Positions 10,211 to 19,958 of a stretch of 64,000 nucleotides of DNA are shown here, one piece after another. Position 1 is the first letter of the stretch, and each line of letters starts with the position of its first letter. The DNA lies in NCBI GenBank assembly GCA_963844525.1, contig CAWJOM010000006.1, positions 1,368,601 through 1,432,600 on the forward strand. The letters are read 5' to 3'. The notes beneath the pieces are model-generated. The model did no database searches, was not told the origin of the DNA, and saw nothing but the letters and a program-made list of their open reading frames with translations. This DNA comes from an uncultured Acidobacteriaceae bacterium. GTDB lineage: Bacteria > Acidobacteriota > Terriglobia > Terriglobales > Acidobacteriaceae. The position numbers were made by a program, and so were the translations under genes.

Positions 10211-12079
10211 TTAGCGGGCCGACGTCACTGCCGGGCTCGGTGCCTCCGGCGCGAGTGGGAGTTGAACTTCCAGCGTGCCGATGCGGTTGCTGAGCTTGTC
10301 GCGGACGCCGATGCGGATCCAGGTCGCGTGTTCCGGGACATCCAGCTGCTGGCGGACGCGGAAGACTCCGGACTTACTGGCTTCGGAACCAGCGGACGCG
10401 TCTCCCGTGGCTTCGTTCACGATGCCGTTCAGCATGCGGCTTTCGGAATCGAAGGCAGCGGCGGCGAATTCAAAAGACGGTGTCTTGCCGCTCTGGCCAG
10501 CCTGCGCTTTCAGCGCCAGATCCGTAACGCGGTAATCAATCACATATTTCTGCACGTCCACGGTTGCGAGCGCCTTGTCTTTCTGATGCGCACTGACATA
10601 AGCCGGCTGCTCGGCGAGTTGGGCCATCTGCTCGGGAGTAGCTTTCGCTGGGATTCCGTCGGCATGGATGTGCGCCGAGAAGAGAAGATCATGGATCATG
10701 GGCGCGCCGTGTTTCATGTTGGGCTGGAGCGGGTCGTTCTCAGCGGACGCCGGCGCTGGGGCCGAAGCCTGGGAGGGTTGAGGCGCTGCGGATGGTGTCC
10801 GAGGGGCGTAGGCAGTGGTGAAATAGAAGCGGCGATACGAGAGCTTGTATCCCGGCTGGACCGTTCGGACGGCGACTCCCCGCCTGCCGTCATCGTCCTT
10901 GCGGTTGGTCGGCGAATAGCTCAGCGAATAATAGTTACCGCCGATGTCGGTAGCTTCACCAAGCGCGGCGGTGACATCGTTCGTGTTGTAAAAAGCGTGT
11001 CCGCCGGTTGCGTCGGCAAGGGCCTTCTGCACATCGTAGTCGGTGAGCGCGGAATCGCCCGAACCCTGGGCCTGGATCGACGCGACCAATCCCGAGGCAA
11101 GCGGATATTGGAGGCTATTGAGACCGGGACCGCCGGATCCCTGGATGGGGCCGCCAGCTTCCACATTTTGATTGCTGTTGCCGCCGTTCATGCGTGATCC
11201 AGTCAGCTGGCCCGGCGGATTGACCGGGACTCCGCCGACGTTGATGGGATAGACGGCGACCTGGGCGCGAGTCAGTACGTTGATCTCCCCGATGATCTGA
11301 TCTTCGTATTCGCGAGGATCCTCCCTGCGCGGAACCAGCGCGAGGGGAAAAGTCCCAGCCAGCCAGATCAGGTTCTTGTGCCCGGGCACGCCCTCGAGGA
11401 ATTCGTTGACCTGAGTCAACACGTTAATCATCGAGGCCGGATCGCCGTACCCAAGGTTCTTACCCATCATGAACACCCGGGGAACGTGGGGCTTGGGATT
11501 TTGCGGGTCGAGCGTCGCGTACAAGACAGCCTTATCGGCCGTGAAGCCCTGCACTAGATAGAGACCGTCCGAGCGCACGAAAATCGCGAAGCGGGTTCCT
11601 TCGGGCATGTTCTTGATGAACTTCATGACCTGGCGGCGCGCGTCGAGCTGATCGTCTTGGTCGATGTTTACCAGGTCGTAGAGAATCACGTAGAGCGGCC
11701 CGTGCTCGGGAGTCGGCGGGATGTTCACGAAATGGTTGGGTGGAGGATGAGGAGAGTTGGGCGGCATGGAGATCGAAGGTTTATCGAGATCGAAGACGTC
11801 GAAGGAGAGAATGTTCTGCACTTGGCCATCCTCGGCGACGACGAAGTCCTTGGCCGTGAGGCCGTGTACCGGCCTGTTATTGGAGTCGCGGACCACGACG
11901 TCAACCACGACACGGCGGACTGTCGTGCGGAAGGTCGGAATATCCGCGGGGAGAGCGCCCTTGGCTTGGGCCGGAGCGCCTTGAGCGGGTTGGAGGCGAG
12001 AGTCTGTCTGAGCCAGCAAAGAACCGAAAGTCAAACAAGAGGACGCCAGCAGCACGAAACTGCGTACGGAAGGATTCAT
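10211..12079 (-). CDS. VWA domain protein of the acidobacterial TIGR03436 type
   Basis: Signal peptide, then FRTTVRRVVVDVVVRDSNNRPVHGLTAKDFVVAEDGQVQ, the characteristic N-terminal module, followed by a VWA-like region. Confidence 0.8.
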   Translation of the reverse strand: MNPSVRSFVLLASSCLTFGSLLAQTDSRLQPAQGAPAQAKGALPADIPTFRTTVRRVVVDVVVRDSNNRPVHGLTAKDFVVAEDGQVQNILSFDVFDLDKPSISMPPNSPHPPPNHFVNIPPTPEHGPLYVILYDLVNIDQDDQLDARRQVMKFIKNMPEGTRFAIFVRSDGLYLVQGFTADKAVLYATLDPQNPKPHVPRVFMMGKNLGYGDPASMINVLTQVNEFLEGVPGHKNLIWLAGTFPLALVPRREDPREYEDQIIGEINVLTRAQVAVYPINVGGVPVNPPGQLTGSRMNGGNSNQNVEAGGPIQGSGGPGLNSLQYPLASGLVASIQAQGSGDSALTDYDVQKALADATGGHAFYNTNDVTAALGEATDIGGNYYSLSYSPTNRKDDDGRRGVAVRTVQPGYKLSYRRFYFTTAYAPRTPSAAPQPSQASAPAPASAENDPLQPNMKHGAPMIHDLLFSAHIHADGIPAKATPEQMAQLAEQPAYVSAHQKDKALATVDVQKYVIDYRVTDLALKAQAGQSGKTPSFEFAAAAFDSESRMLNGIVNEATGDASAGSEASKSGVFRVRQQLDVPEHATWIRIGVRDKLSNRIGTLEVQLPLAPEAPSPAVTSAR

Positions 12080-12145
12080 CGCTCACCTTCTGTGGATACT
12101 CTCACTCATTAGTGGACGCCGGAGATAGTAGGCTGTCAAGCAGAG

Positions 12146-12312
12146 GAGCGTGGAAGAGCAAGCCCTTCAGGGCCGCGTGGGCGTGGGGAATTAGCTTGGG
12201 CTTTAGAATGCGCGTGAGACCTGATCTTTCGCCCCGCTGGGGCTTTTCCGTTCCCCACTTTTCCCACGGCTTGCGCCGTGGGCTGCATTCTTTCGCCGCT
12301 TTGTGGCTGATT
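12146..12312 (-). repeat. composite intergenic repeat block
   Basis: Holds a reverse-orientation copy of the bipartite GCTGAAGC-hairpin element (about 12146-12215) and an inverted copy (about 12205-12312) of the element at 59720-59805 (about 42/47 identical in the core, by eye). Confidence 0.6.
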
Positions 12313-12525
12313 GAGAGCACGGCTTGCTGCACCGCATCGCCGAATATCTGGTTCTCACGCAGACTCTTTAGCCCCTGTGCCCGGCGTCCCTCGATGGGCG
12401 CTTTCCGCGACCTCTCAAATCGTGGCCTAAGGCTTCCCCAGAAGATCAAAATCCCCGCCCTGTCTCCGCCAACCACGCAGAGACAAGGACGGGGCACCCT
12501 CAGTTCTTACTACCCTGGCTTCTTA

Positions 12526-13890
12526 TTAGCCTTTGACGATCTTCTTTGCGGCTCCGTCCCATATTGCAACGTCTTTGTTGAAATACGAGAAGTTCGCCAG
12601 GTGGCAGCCAATCGCGGCGTTGTTGCCGAAAACTTCGTTCTCTACAACCGCCTTACGCGTGCGCACGGCGTTGTAGAAGTTCGCCTGATGATCGACCGTA
12701 TCGCTATATCCCGGAGGATTGGCATAAGACTCGCCGGTCTGGTCAACCTTCCACTTCAACGCTTCCGGTTCCGGATGTTCCTCATGCCATTTTTGCAGAT
12801 ACTGATCGCGCAATGCTTTCGGCCATCCGAAAATCGAATAGCCTTCGGGCTCGGGGCGCGTGTCCTCGGGTTTGTAGGTCAGCGTGGCATCCTTGATGAT
12901 CATGGTGCCCTTGGTTCCGTAGAAGCCGATGAACTCTCCGCCGTTGTTGTTCAGGTTGCAGCGCAGCGTGACGCGGCAATTTGGATACTCGTAGAGAGTT
13001 TCGATCAGGTCAGGGAACTCGCGGCCATCGCGGAAGCGGAACAGGCCTCCCGAACTCATGGCGCGCTGCGCGGGCTCGTTGATGCCGGCGACGAACTGAA
13101 TGCCCGACAGCAAGTGGACGAAGAGATCGCCGCCGAGTCCCTCGCCGTAGTCGGTATAGCAGCGCCAGCGGAAGAAACGCTTGGCATCGAACGGAACCTT
13201 CGGAGCGCCGCCGAGGAAGGCATTCCAGTCGATGTTCTTTTCGTTGGCATCGGGCGGAATGGGATAGACCCAGGCGCCGCTGGGCGAGTTGCGATCCCAG
13301 TACGCGTTGATGGAGAAGACCTCGCCGAGTTTGCCGGAATCGTAAATTTCCTTGGCCTTGGCGTAGAGAACGGAGCTGACGCGCTGGCTGCCGATGGCGA
13401 CCATGCGCTTGCTCTTCTGCGCGGCAGCCATCATGGCGAATCCGTCTTCGACCGTATGCGACATCGGCTTCTCGCAGTAGATATCCTTGCCGGCCGAGCA
13501 GGCGTCCTCGAAGATCTGGCGATGGTTGTGGTCCATGGTGGCGATCAGGACGGTGTCCACGTCCTTACGGTCGAGGATGGTGCGATAGTCGCGGGTGGCA
13601 GGAACATTGGGATTCTTGACCGCTTCCTGCGCGGCGAGGTGCCGGCTGTCGTACAAGTCGCAGACCGCTACGCACTGGATGCCGGGAACTTCGAGCGAAG
13701 CTTCGAGGTGCTCGCATCCGCGAATGCCGGTTCCGATCGAGGCGAAGCGAATGGTGTCGCTGGGCGCGACGGGACGCGCCGCCGCGGATAGCAAGTGAGG
13801 TTGCAGAATGGTTTTCGCGACCGTAGTAGCGGCGAGTGCGCCTGAGCCGAGGTGAATAAATTGACGACGGGACAGGGGAAACTTAGCCAT
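12526..13890 (-). CDS. Gfo/Idh/MocA-family oxidoreductase with Tat signal
   Basis: N-terminus SRRQFIHLGSGALAA (twin-arginine). Rossmann IRFASIGTGIRG. Family-typical length. Confidence 0.9.
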   Translation of the reverse strand: MAKFPLSRRQFIHLGSGALAATTVAKTILQPHLLSAAARPVAPSDTIRFASIGTGIRGCEHLEASLEVPGIQCVAVCDLYDSRHLAAQEAVKNPNVPATRDYRTILDRKDVDTVLIATMDHNHRQIFEDACSAGKDIYCEKPMSHTVEDGFAMMAAAQKSKRMVAIGSQRVSSVLYAKAKEIYDSGKLGEVFSINAYWDRNSPSGAWVYPIPPDANEKNIDWNAFLGGAPKVPFDAKRFFRWRCYTDYGEGLGGDLFVHLLSGIQFVAGINEPAQRAMSSGGLFRFRDGREFPDLIETLYEYPNCRVTLRCNLNNNGGEFIGFYGTKGTMIIKDATLTYKPEDTRPEPEGYSIFGWPKALRDQYLQKWHEEHPEPEALKWKVDQTGESYANPPGYSDTVDHQANFYNAVRTRKAVVENEVFGNNAAIGCHLANFSYFNKDVAIWDGAAKKIVKG

Positions 13891-14121
13891 GAGATTCTCC
13901 GTCTTTGGATTTCAGTGCGTCCGTGACGGCGCGCAGCCGGCGCGGAGTGCCTACGGGGAGGAATTATTGCACAGGAGCAGAGAATTTAGTAAAACGATTT
14001 TCTAATAGGTGAAACGAGGTTCCAGGGTCAACAAAAACACTGCCGGAAGGGTTGCGCTACTAAGGCAGAAGGCGAATATCGGATAATGGCGTATTGCGTT
14101 GTCCGTGTCGTCGTCACAACC

Positions 14122-15357
14122 ATGCGCGCGCATTATCCGAGACTCGTAGCTGCGCTGTGTGCGTTCCTTGTTCTTTCGCCTCGATGTTTTGGCAGAGCCT
14201 CCGATGAGGTAAGCCTGAAAGCGCTTTACGACGCTCATCGCTGGTTCGAACTTCGTGATGCCGTCGCAAAGGGCGGTGCCCCGTTGTTTTTTCAAGGTGC
14301 TGTCGCATGTGCATTCAATGATCTCCACCGGTGCGAGAAGCATCTGGCATCCGTCATCAAGTCACAGCCCAAGTCCGATCAGGCGCTGCAGGCGCACCGG
14401 CTTCTCACTTATGCCTATCTACGGCAGGGCAAATACCGTGAGGCTCTCGCCCAAGCCGATGCCGTGCTTGCCCTGAAGCCAGGGGACTCCGATGTGCAAG
14501 GCGACCGTCCATTCCTGGCGGTGCTCAGCGAATCTCCCGAGCAGGAAGTGGCGCACCGGAAATTCACTTCGCTGCATCTTGCGGACGCAGGATTGCCTAT
14601 CTCAATCAATGGCGCGCCGGCGACGTATTGGTTCGAAACTGGAGCGAACGTATCGGCGATCAGCCAAGCCGAGGCCAAGCGTTACGGCCTGCGAGTTCTG
14701 GCGGCACCCGTCAAGATTGGCGATGTGACGGGAACGCAGTTCGATTCCCAAATCGCCGTCGCCGACGAAGTCTCGATCGGGTCCGTCCGCCTGAAACATG
14801 TCGCCTTTCTCGTGCTTTCTGACCAGCAGCCTCCGTTTAATCAATCGCCGCCGGGCCAAAGAGGACTCATCGGGCTGCCCGTGCTCCTGGCTTTGCAGAG
14901 GCTGGTCTGGCGATCCGATGGGGAATTCGAGATCGGCTCCAGGTCGGCGACCAAAACTGCGCGCCACGCCGACCTTTGCTTCGATGGACAGCATCCCATC
15001 GTGCAGGTGCAATACGAAGGCCGCAGCCTCGCCTTCACCTTAGACACAGGCGCAACGAACACTGATCTGTATCCGCCCTTCGCGGCGATGTTTCCCGAAC
15101 TCCTTCGTACGGCGGCTAAGACGGACTCTTACAAGATAGAGGGCGCAGGCGGTGCAAAAACCCTGAATGCCACTGTCGTACCGTCACTCCCGTTCAGCAT
15201 TGGAGGATTCCCCGTGGTCCTCAAGCCTGCCGGGATCCTGCGCGAGTTCACCGTCGAAAACAGCAAGTTCTTTCACGGGAATCTGGGCATCGACCTACTG
15301 CAGCAAGCTCACAAAACAACTTTCGATTTCCGCGCAATGACGCTCACGCTGGAGTAA
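14122..15357 (+). CDS. TPR plus retropepsin-like aspartyl protease domain protein
   Basis: ORF 14086..15357 trimmed to the ATG at 14122 with a signal peptide. Two D(T/S)G-like sites (FETGANVSAIS, LDTGATNTDLY). Confidence 0.7.
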   Translation: MRAHYPRLVAALCAFLVLSPRCFGRASDEVSLKALYDAHRWFELRDAVAKGGAPLFFQGAVACAFNDLHRCEKHLASVIKSQPKSDQALQAHRLLTYAYLRQGKYREALAQADAVLALKPGDSDVQGDRPFLAVLSESPEQEVAHRKFTSLHLADAGLPISINGAPATYWFETGANVSAISQAEAKRYGLRVLAAPVKIGDVTGTQFDSQIAVADEVSIGSVRLKHVAFLVLSDQQPPFNQSPPGQRGLIGLPVLLALQRLVWRSDGEFEIGSRSATKTARHADLCFDGQHPIVQVQYEGRSLAFTLDTGATNTDLYPPFAAMFPELLRTAAKTDSYKIEGAGGAKTLNATVVPSLPFSIGGFPVVLKPAGILREFTVENSKFFHGNLGIDLLQQAHKTTFDFRAMTLTLE

Positions 15358-16694
15358 GTGCGATTCATGGGAGGCGAAGACAAGGAAACAGGAGCGGGTG
15401 AGTTAGTAATTTTCTAGCGGGGGTTGGACCAAGAAACCGTTCATCCTTTCAGTACAGGAAAGAAGAGTCGAAACCATAGAGGCAGCGGTCTAAGAACCAA
15501 GAGGACCTCTCCCGGCTTCGGCTGAATCCGTGGGTTACGCTTCCATCTAGCCGCGTATGGCGTCAGCACCACAAATCCTTTTTCCGCCACTTCTTCTGTC
15601 GAAACCCGTTCGACGCAAGTGCAATCCCAATGTGGAGTCTCAGGGCGGCGCGAACATTGGAGTAAGCGGGCGCTGGTTTAACGGAAGCTCCAAACGCCGA
15701 AACTCGACCCATGGTGTCAGTTACGGGGTCAGGTCGGCGGTAGACGGCTTGTTGATGAGTCTGGCGTTCGTCTGTTTCGCTTGTAGGTGTTCCGCCAATT
15801 CCCGAGAACGGTAGAGGAAAGCTCGATTCCGCACAGGGTTATTCATCCGCGACGGTTAACGAGTCGATGCTCACTGTCTGGCCGAAGGAAGCGACGTTCA
15901 AACGCACGACAAGAACAGTATGGTATCCGGAGATTTATTGCTCTCATGAGGGCAGCATAAGCCCTTCCTTCGATGCCAGTCAATGCGTGCAACATCAATT
16001 CCGTGTGAACGGCGCAATGCTTGCGAATGAATTACCTAAAGGGACGAATATAGTGCAGTTCGCGGAAAATGCGCGATGCGATTCCGAGGGACCAACGGGA
16101 TAATCGGTCCAATATGGCCATAGTGCTATCACCAGGTAGTCAGCACGTTGGCTTGCGAGAAGTAAAACAGGCGGGAAAAAATTGAAAGGGCCGTGACATT
16201 GGTTATGCTCTAGCTGCCCGCTCCTGCGAGGGAGCTTACAGCGTGGAGGCATGTACCGTCACGACCCCTTGATGCGATCACTGCTTTCGCAGTTCCAAAC
16301 CCCAACTACCCCTCGCAGAGCCGTCGGTTTTTTCAGGTCCGGTCGCCTGGCGGGTCGCCCCGCCCTGCTGATCACCCAGTCTATTCGGATCGGCTCGTTT
16401 TATTGTGCCTACCCTTTCGACCGTCGACGCAAACCACCTTAACAGAGAAATAAAAAACGTCAACGCAAACTATTGGTGCAATAGCTTCGGGCAAACCTGT
16501 GCATAACGAGAAATGCAAACGGTTGCAAGGTTAGAACTTATCCACAGGCGAATTCAATTCGTCCGCGTTTTGCACATAAGATTGCACAACGCTGGGGCAC
16601 GCCGCAAAACGATGAAAGGGAACCAAATAATCGTCTTGACGCTTGGAGCGAATCGGCGCATCGTGCAGAGAGGAAGAGAACGAAAAAAATCAGC

Positions 16695-17093
16695 GTGATG
16701 TCAGAACTCGTTGCCTATGTGGACGGCGGTTGCCTGGGAAATCCGGGGCCGTCGGGCATTGGCGTCGTAATCAACGGCTGCGCCAGCGGCCCGGTACGCA
16801 TTGCCAAGTGGATCGGCCACCAGGACAACAACGTCGCCGAATACGCCGCTCTGATGGAAGCCCTGCAGTACGCCGTATCGCTCAAGGCGCAGAAGCTCCA
16901 CGTCTACTCGGATTCGGAAGTGGTCGTCCGCCAGATGACCGGCGAATACACCTGCCGCAGCCCGCGGCTCTACTCGCTGCACTGGACCTGCCGCAAACTG
17001 GCGCGCTCGCTGGCATTCTCCATCTCGCACGTCCCGCGCGAAAGCAACGCTGAAGCCAACGGCCTGGCGCAGTCCGCCCTGCGGCGGAAATAG
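16695..17093 (+). CDS. RNase HI-family protein
   Basis: YVDGGCLGNPGPSGIG ... NNVAEYAALMEAL ... VYSDSEVVVRQM ... RESNAEANGLA match the DEDD RNase H fold motifs. Confidence 0.8.
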   Translation: MMSELVAYVDGGCLGNPGPSGIGVVINGCASGPVRIAKWIGHQDNNVAEYAALMEALQYAVSLKAQKLHVYSDSEVVVRQMTGEYTCRSPRLYSLHWTCRKLARSLAFSISHVPRESNAEANGLAQSALRRK

Positions 17094-17281
17094 CAGTCAG
17101 CACTCAGCACTCAGTCTCTTGATCTCGCCCACCCGAACGCATTTAGAGTCAAAACCGAAGGCGGCCGACAAACTTCCACACTTTAGTACCTTTGTGCGCC
17201 GAAATTCTTGACACCCTTCATCCCCCGAGCGAGACTCAAACTACTGCATCCTGATCACTTAGGTGAGCTGCCGCGGACGGA

Positions 17282-18874
17282 TTGCGCCCCTGTTCCGCTC
17301 CACTCCCAAGGTTGTTAGCGCGCGCCATGGAACCTTATTCGACTCTCGAAGCCACGTCTCTGTCCGCAGGTACTAAGGCGGTTATGACTGACGTGACGGC
17401 GAAGATCGGATTGCATCCGGAGCAAACAGTGCAGCCAGACAATTCAAACCGGACGGTTCAGGCCAGCGTTTCCGCGGCCCTGGCTGCGGCGCGGGCCGAA
17501 ACCAAAGCGCGCCTGGCTTCGGGCAATCCAGCTTTGTCCCATCCGGCTTCGGGTGTGCGCTTCCCGGGAGAAGACGGAGGCCATTCGCTGGCCGAGATGG
17601 CGCAACGCGATCTCGATGCCGCGCTGCAGTTGCTGGCGGACCGCGCGCAATACATCACAGGCGCGAGCGGAGCAGCCATTGCCTTGCGCCGCGATGGCAA
17701 GAATGACATGTTGTGCCGAGCCAGCACCGGCTCGAACGCGCCGGAGTTGGGCGCGCTGCTGTCCACCGAGTTTGGACTCTCTGGCGAGAGCGTGCGCACG
17801 CGCCAGCCGCTGCGCTGCGACGATGCCGAGCGCGATGCCCGCGTGAATCGCGACGTCTGCCGCGAGATGGGAATTGCGTCGGTGGTCGTCATGCCGGTCG
17901 TGAACGACGACGAGGTGTTGGGAGTCTTCGAACTCTTTTCCGGCAAGGCGAATGCCTTCGGCGCGCGTGATCTGTCGGCAATTCAGCGCCTCAGCGAAAT
18001 GGTCGAAACCGCGGTCCGTCTCGCCCAGGCGACCGAAAGCCTGCCGGAGCGGCTGAAAATGCCGCAGGTTGCTGAGCCCGACATCAAAGCAGCTGCGGTT
18101 CAGCAAGATCAGGCTCTTGATGGAGATGTTCTCGAAGACATCCTGTTGGACGAGAGCGTTTCAGATGCGCCTGCTTCCAAAGATCAAATCTCCAACGATC
18201 CGGTTTCGAAAGATCTTGCCTCGAGAGATCTTGCCTCGAGAGATATTGCCTCGAACAATCTGATCTCGAAAGATCCCGTTCGGCAGGCTGCGGTTGCCGA
18301 CAAGGCTGCAGTTGCTCCGCCGAAGAAGCCGTTGTTCTGGTCGGCGGCCCTGAATCCAACCGCCGACGCGGGCAAGCCGGAAGAACTCGACCAGAGCCAT
18401 GTTCCGCCGGTCTTACGAAGCCTGCACAAGTGCGAAGCCTGCGGATTTCCAGTCTCGGCGGGACGCGCGCTTTGCGTGGAGTGTGAGGAGAAGAAATGGC
18501 GCGGCCAGTTGAGGGTGCCGAAGCCTGTGTCAAGAGCGGAAGCGTCAAAGCCGGAACCGCAAAAACCTGAATCCCAGAAAGCCGCGGATCGGCCGACGAA
18601 TCCCGTGGTGTCCGCGAGCCTTGCTCCTGTAGCGCCATTGCCTGCGGCGAACGAATCGAAAACCGCCTTGAAGACAGTGAGCGCGGTGTCGGATCCGAGC
18701 CCTGCCGTTCCTGAAACCACGACTGCGGCAGCAATGCCGGAAGCAGCTTCGCCGGACTTCGTGTTGAGCTCAGGCTTGGAGCCCTCGCAGTCATGGCTTG
18801 CCCGGAACAAATACATTGTGGGCGTCCTGCTCGCAGTGGGCGTAGCAGCCGCCGGGTTCTTCCTGCTCCGTTAG
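17282..18874 (+). CDS. GAF-domain protein with zinc ribbon and C-terminal membrane anchor
   Basis: GAF core (ASGAAIALRRDG...VLGVFELFSG), a low-complexity linker, C-x2-C ... C-x2-C (CEACGF..CVEC) and a C-terminal TM helix (IVGVLLAVGVAAAGFFLL). The start is uncertain. Confidence 0.7.
   Translation: MRPCSAPLPRLLARAMEPYSTLEATSLSAGTKAVMTDVTAKIGLHPEQTVQPDNSNRTVQASVSAALAAARAETKARLASGNPALSHPASGVRFPGEDGGHSLAEMAQRDLDAALQLLADRAQYITGASGAAIALRRDGKNDMLCRASTGSNAPELGALLSTEFGLSGESVRTRQPLRCDDAERDARVNRDVCREMGIASVVVMPVVNDDEVLGVFELFSGKANAFGARDLSAIQRLSEMVETAVRLAQATESLPERLKMPQVAEPDIKAAAVQQDQALDGDVLEDILLDESVSDAPASKDQISNDPVSKDLASRDLASRDIASNNLISKDPVRQAAVADKAAVAPPKKPLFWSAALNPTADAGKPEELDQSHVPPVLRSLHKCEACGFPVSAGRALCVECEEKKWRGQLRVPKPVSRAEASKPEPQKPESQKAADRPTNPVVSASLAPVAPLPAANESKTALKTVSAVSDPSPAVPETTTAAAMPEAASPDFVLSSGLEPSQSWLARNKYIVGVLLAVGVAAAGFFLLR
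18180..18275 (+). repeat. about six tandem 15-nt (pentapeptide) coding repeats
   Basis: AAAGATCTTGCCTCG / AGAGATCTTGCCTCG / AGAGATATTGCCTCG and further units, encoding (S/N)(K/R/N)D(L/I/P)(A/I/V)S. Confidence 0.7.
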
Positions 18875-19028
18875 TGACCTTGTCTTTGCTTCCTTTTGGG
18901 TTTGGTTCTGTACTTCCTCCTGCACTTCCTTCTACGCTGTCAGCCCTCCGAAAGCCTTGACAACAGTGGCAACTCTGCTAAAGTTCGAACCAAGGATTGC
19001 AAACTTCGAAACGGGACGGACATGTGCC

Positions 19029-19298
19029 ATGGTCATGAAGAATGTTTATGAAGTGTTGCGACAAAAAGAGATGGAATTGACGCGCCTGGAGAAGGAAGTG
19101 GAAGCCCTGCGGCTGGTGGCTCCGCTGCTCTCCGAGGAAAAGGAAATGGTGTCGGACATGGCGAAGCCTGCGCTGGCTACCGCCGTCAACGGGCCGCAAG
19201 CCACGACCCGCATGTCAATTCCGGCCCCACCCTCGATCCCGGCGCCGCAGCCAGTGCGCGCTGCCGGGTGGGAAGATACAGCGAAGCGCTGGCCGTAA
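19029..19298 (+). CDS. small coiled-coil hypothetical protein
   Basis: ORF 18957..19298 trimmed to the ATG at 19029. The heptad-like segment is YEVLRQKEMELTRLEKEVEALRL. Confidence 0.45.
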   Translation: MVMKNVYEVLRQKEMELTRLEKEVEALRLVAPLLSEEKEMVSDMAKPALATAVNGPQATTRMSIPAPPSIPAPQPVRAAGWEDTAKRWP

Positions 19299-19424
19299 CA
19301 GAGTCGACAGAACTGTCGCGGCTCCCACGCCCGAGCGGCGTGAGGCATGATTTGTTCGACGGCCCGGGATCAGCCCCGGGCTTTCGCATATGCAAGCGAC
19401 GTCGAAGAATATTCGGAGGAGTCT

Positions 19425-19778
19425 ATGAGGACGGCATTTCTACTGTTGGCGGTATTGTTCCTGAGTATGACGGCGCTGGCCAAGGACAAACCGATGCAGG
19501 GGACGATCATTTCAGAGAGTTCCGTGCAGTGCGGATCTCAGGCGAAGGGTAAGACAACGTCGGAACTGATGTGCCAGGAATATGTGATCCGCACCGACAC
19601 CACCGAGTATCACGTGCGGCAGCAAAAGTCGGGCCACGCAGAGATGCTGCCGGTGAACGCCCCGGTCGAGCTGACGATCGACAAAGACAAGATGAAGTTC
19701 AAAGTGAACGGCAAGGGATACGAGATGCTCGTGGTGTCCGAGTCGGCCGCGCCCGCAGGATCTGCTCCAAAGCAGTAG
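19425..19778 (+). CDS. small secreted hypothetical protein
   Basis: GGAGG RBS lies 6 nt before the ATG at 19425. Signal peptide MRTAFLLLAVLFLSMTALA. Confidence 0.6.
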   Translation: MRTAFLLLAVLFLSMTALAKDKPMQGTIISESSVQCGSQAKGKTTSELMCQEYVIRTDTTEYHVRQQKSGHAEMLPVNAPVELTIDKDKMKFKVNGKGYEMLVVSESAAPAGSAPKQ

Positions 19779-19804
19779 AGGACGCCGTTAACCGCGAATG
19801 ACCA

Positions 19805-19868
19805 GCGGGCTGAAGCCCGCATTGACTATTCTGGCTTTTACGCGGCGCTGAAGCGCCGCTCTTCCACG
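19805..19868 (+). repeat. bipartite GCT(G/A)AAGC-loop hairpin element
   Basis: GCGGGCTGAAGCCCGC (19805-19820), a spacer, then GCGGCGCTGAAGCGCCGC (19842-19859) followed by TCTTCCACG. The same layout occurs at 22388-22447, 35552-35685 and 12146-12215 (reverse orientation). Confidence 0.65.
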
Positions 19869-19958
19869 CAGGGCGCTCCCACCCGACGGTCGAGCGCGCA
19901 ACGATCGAGCACGACGATACAGAACGGGCGTCCAACGTTTTCTATTCTGCATTTCCGA

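Noticed and set aside
10043-11197. Long antisense ORFs opposite real genes (e.g. 10043..11197 +, 12112..13791 +, 20460..21416 +, 26165..27622 +, 27661..28524 -, 29840..30943 -, 32121..33296 -, 34129..35148 -, 53282..54649 -, 55578..56363 -, 56492..57349 -, 62308..63345 +)
   Set aside because: These are typical high-GC shadow ORFs. They are Arg/Gly/Ala-rich with no recognisable motifs. Each is fully overlapped by an opposite-strand gene that has clear family signatures.
16204-16218. TATGCTCTAGCTGCC (Y-A-L-A-A), reminiscent of a tmRNA tag end
   Set aside because: No stop codon follows. No tRNA-like 5' GGGG..., no 3' T-arm and no CCA context were found.
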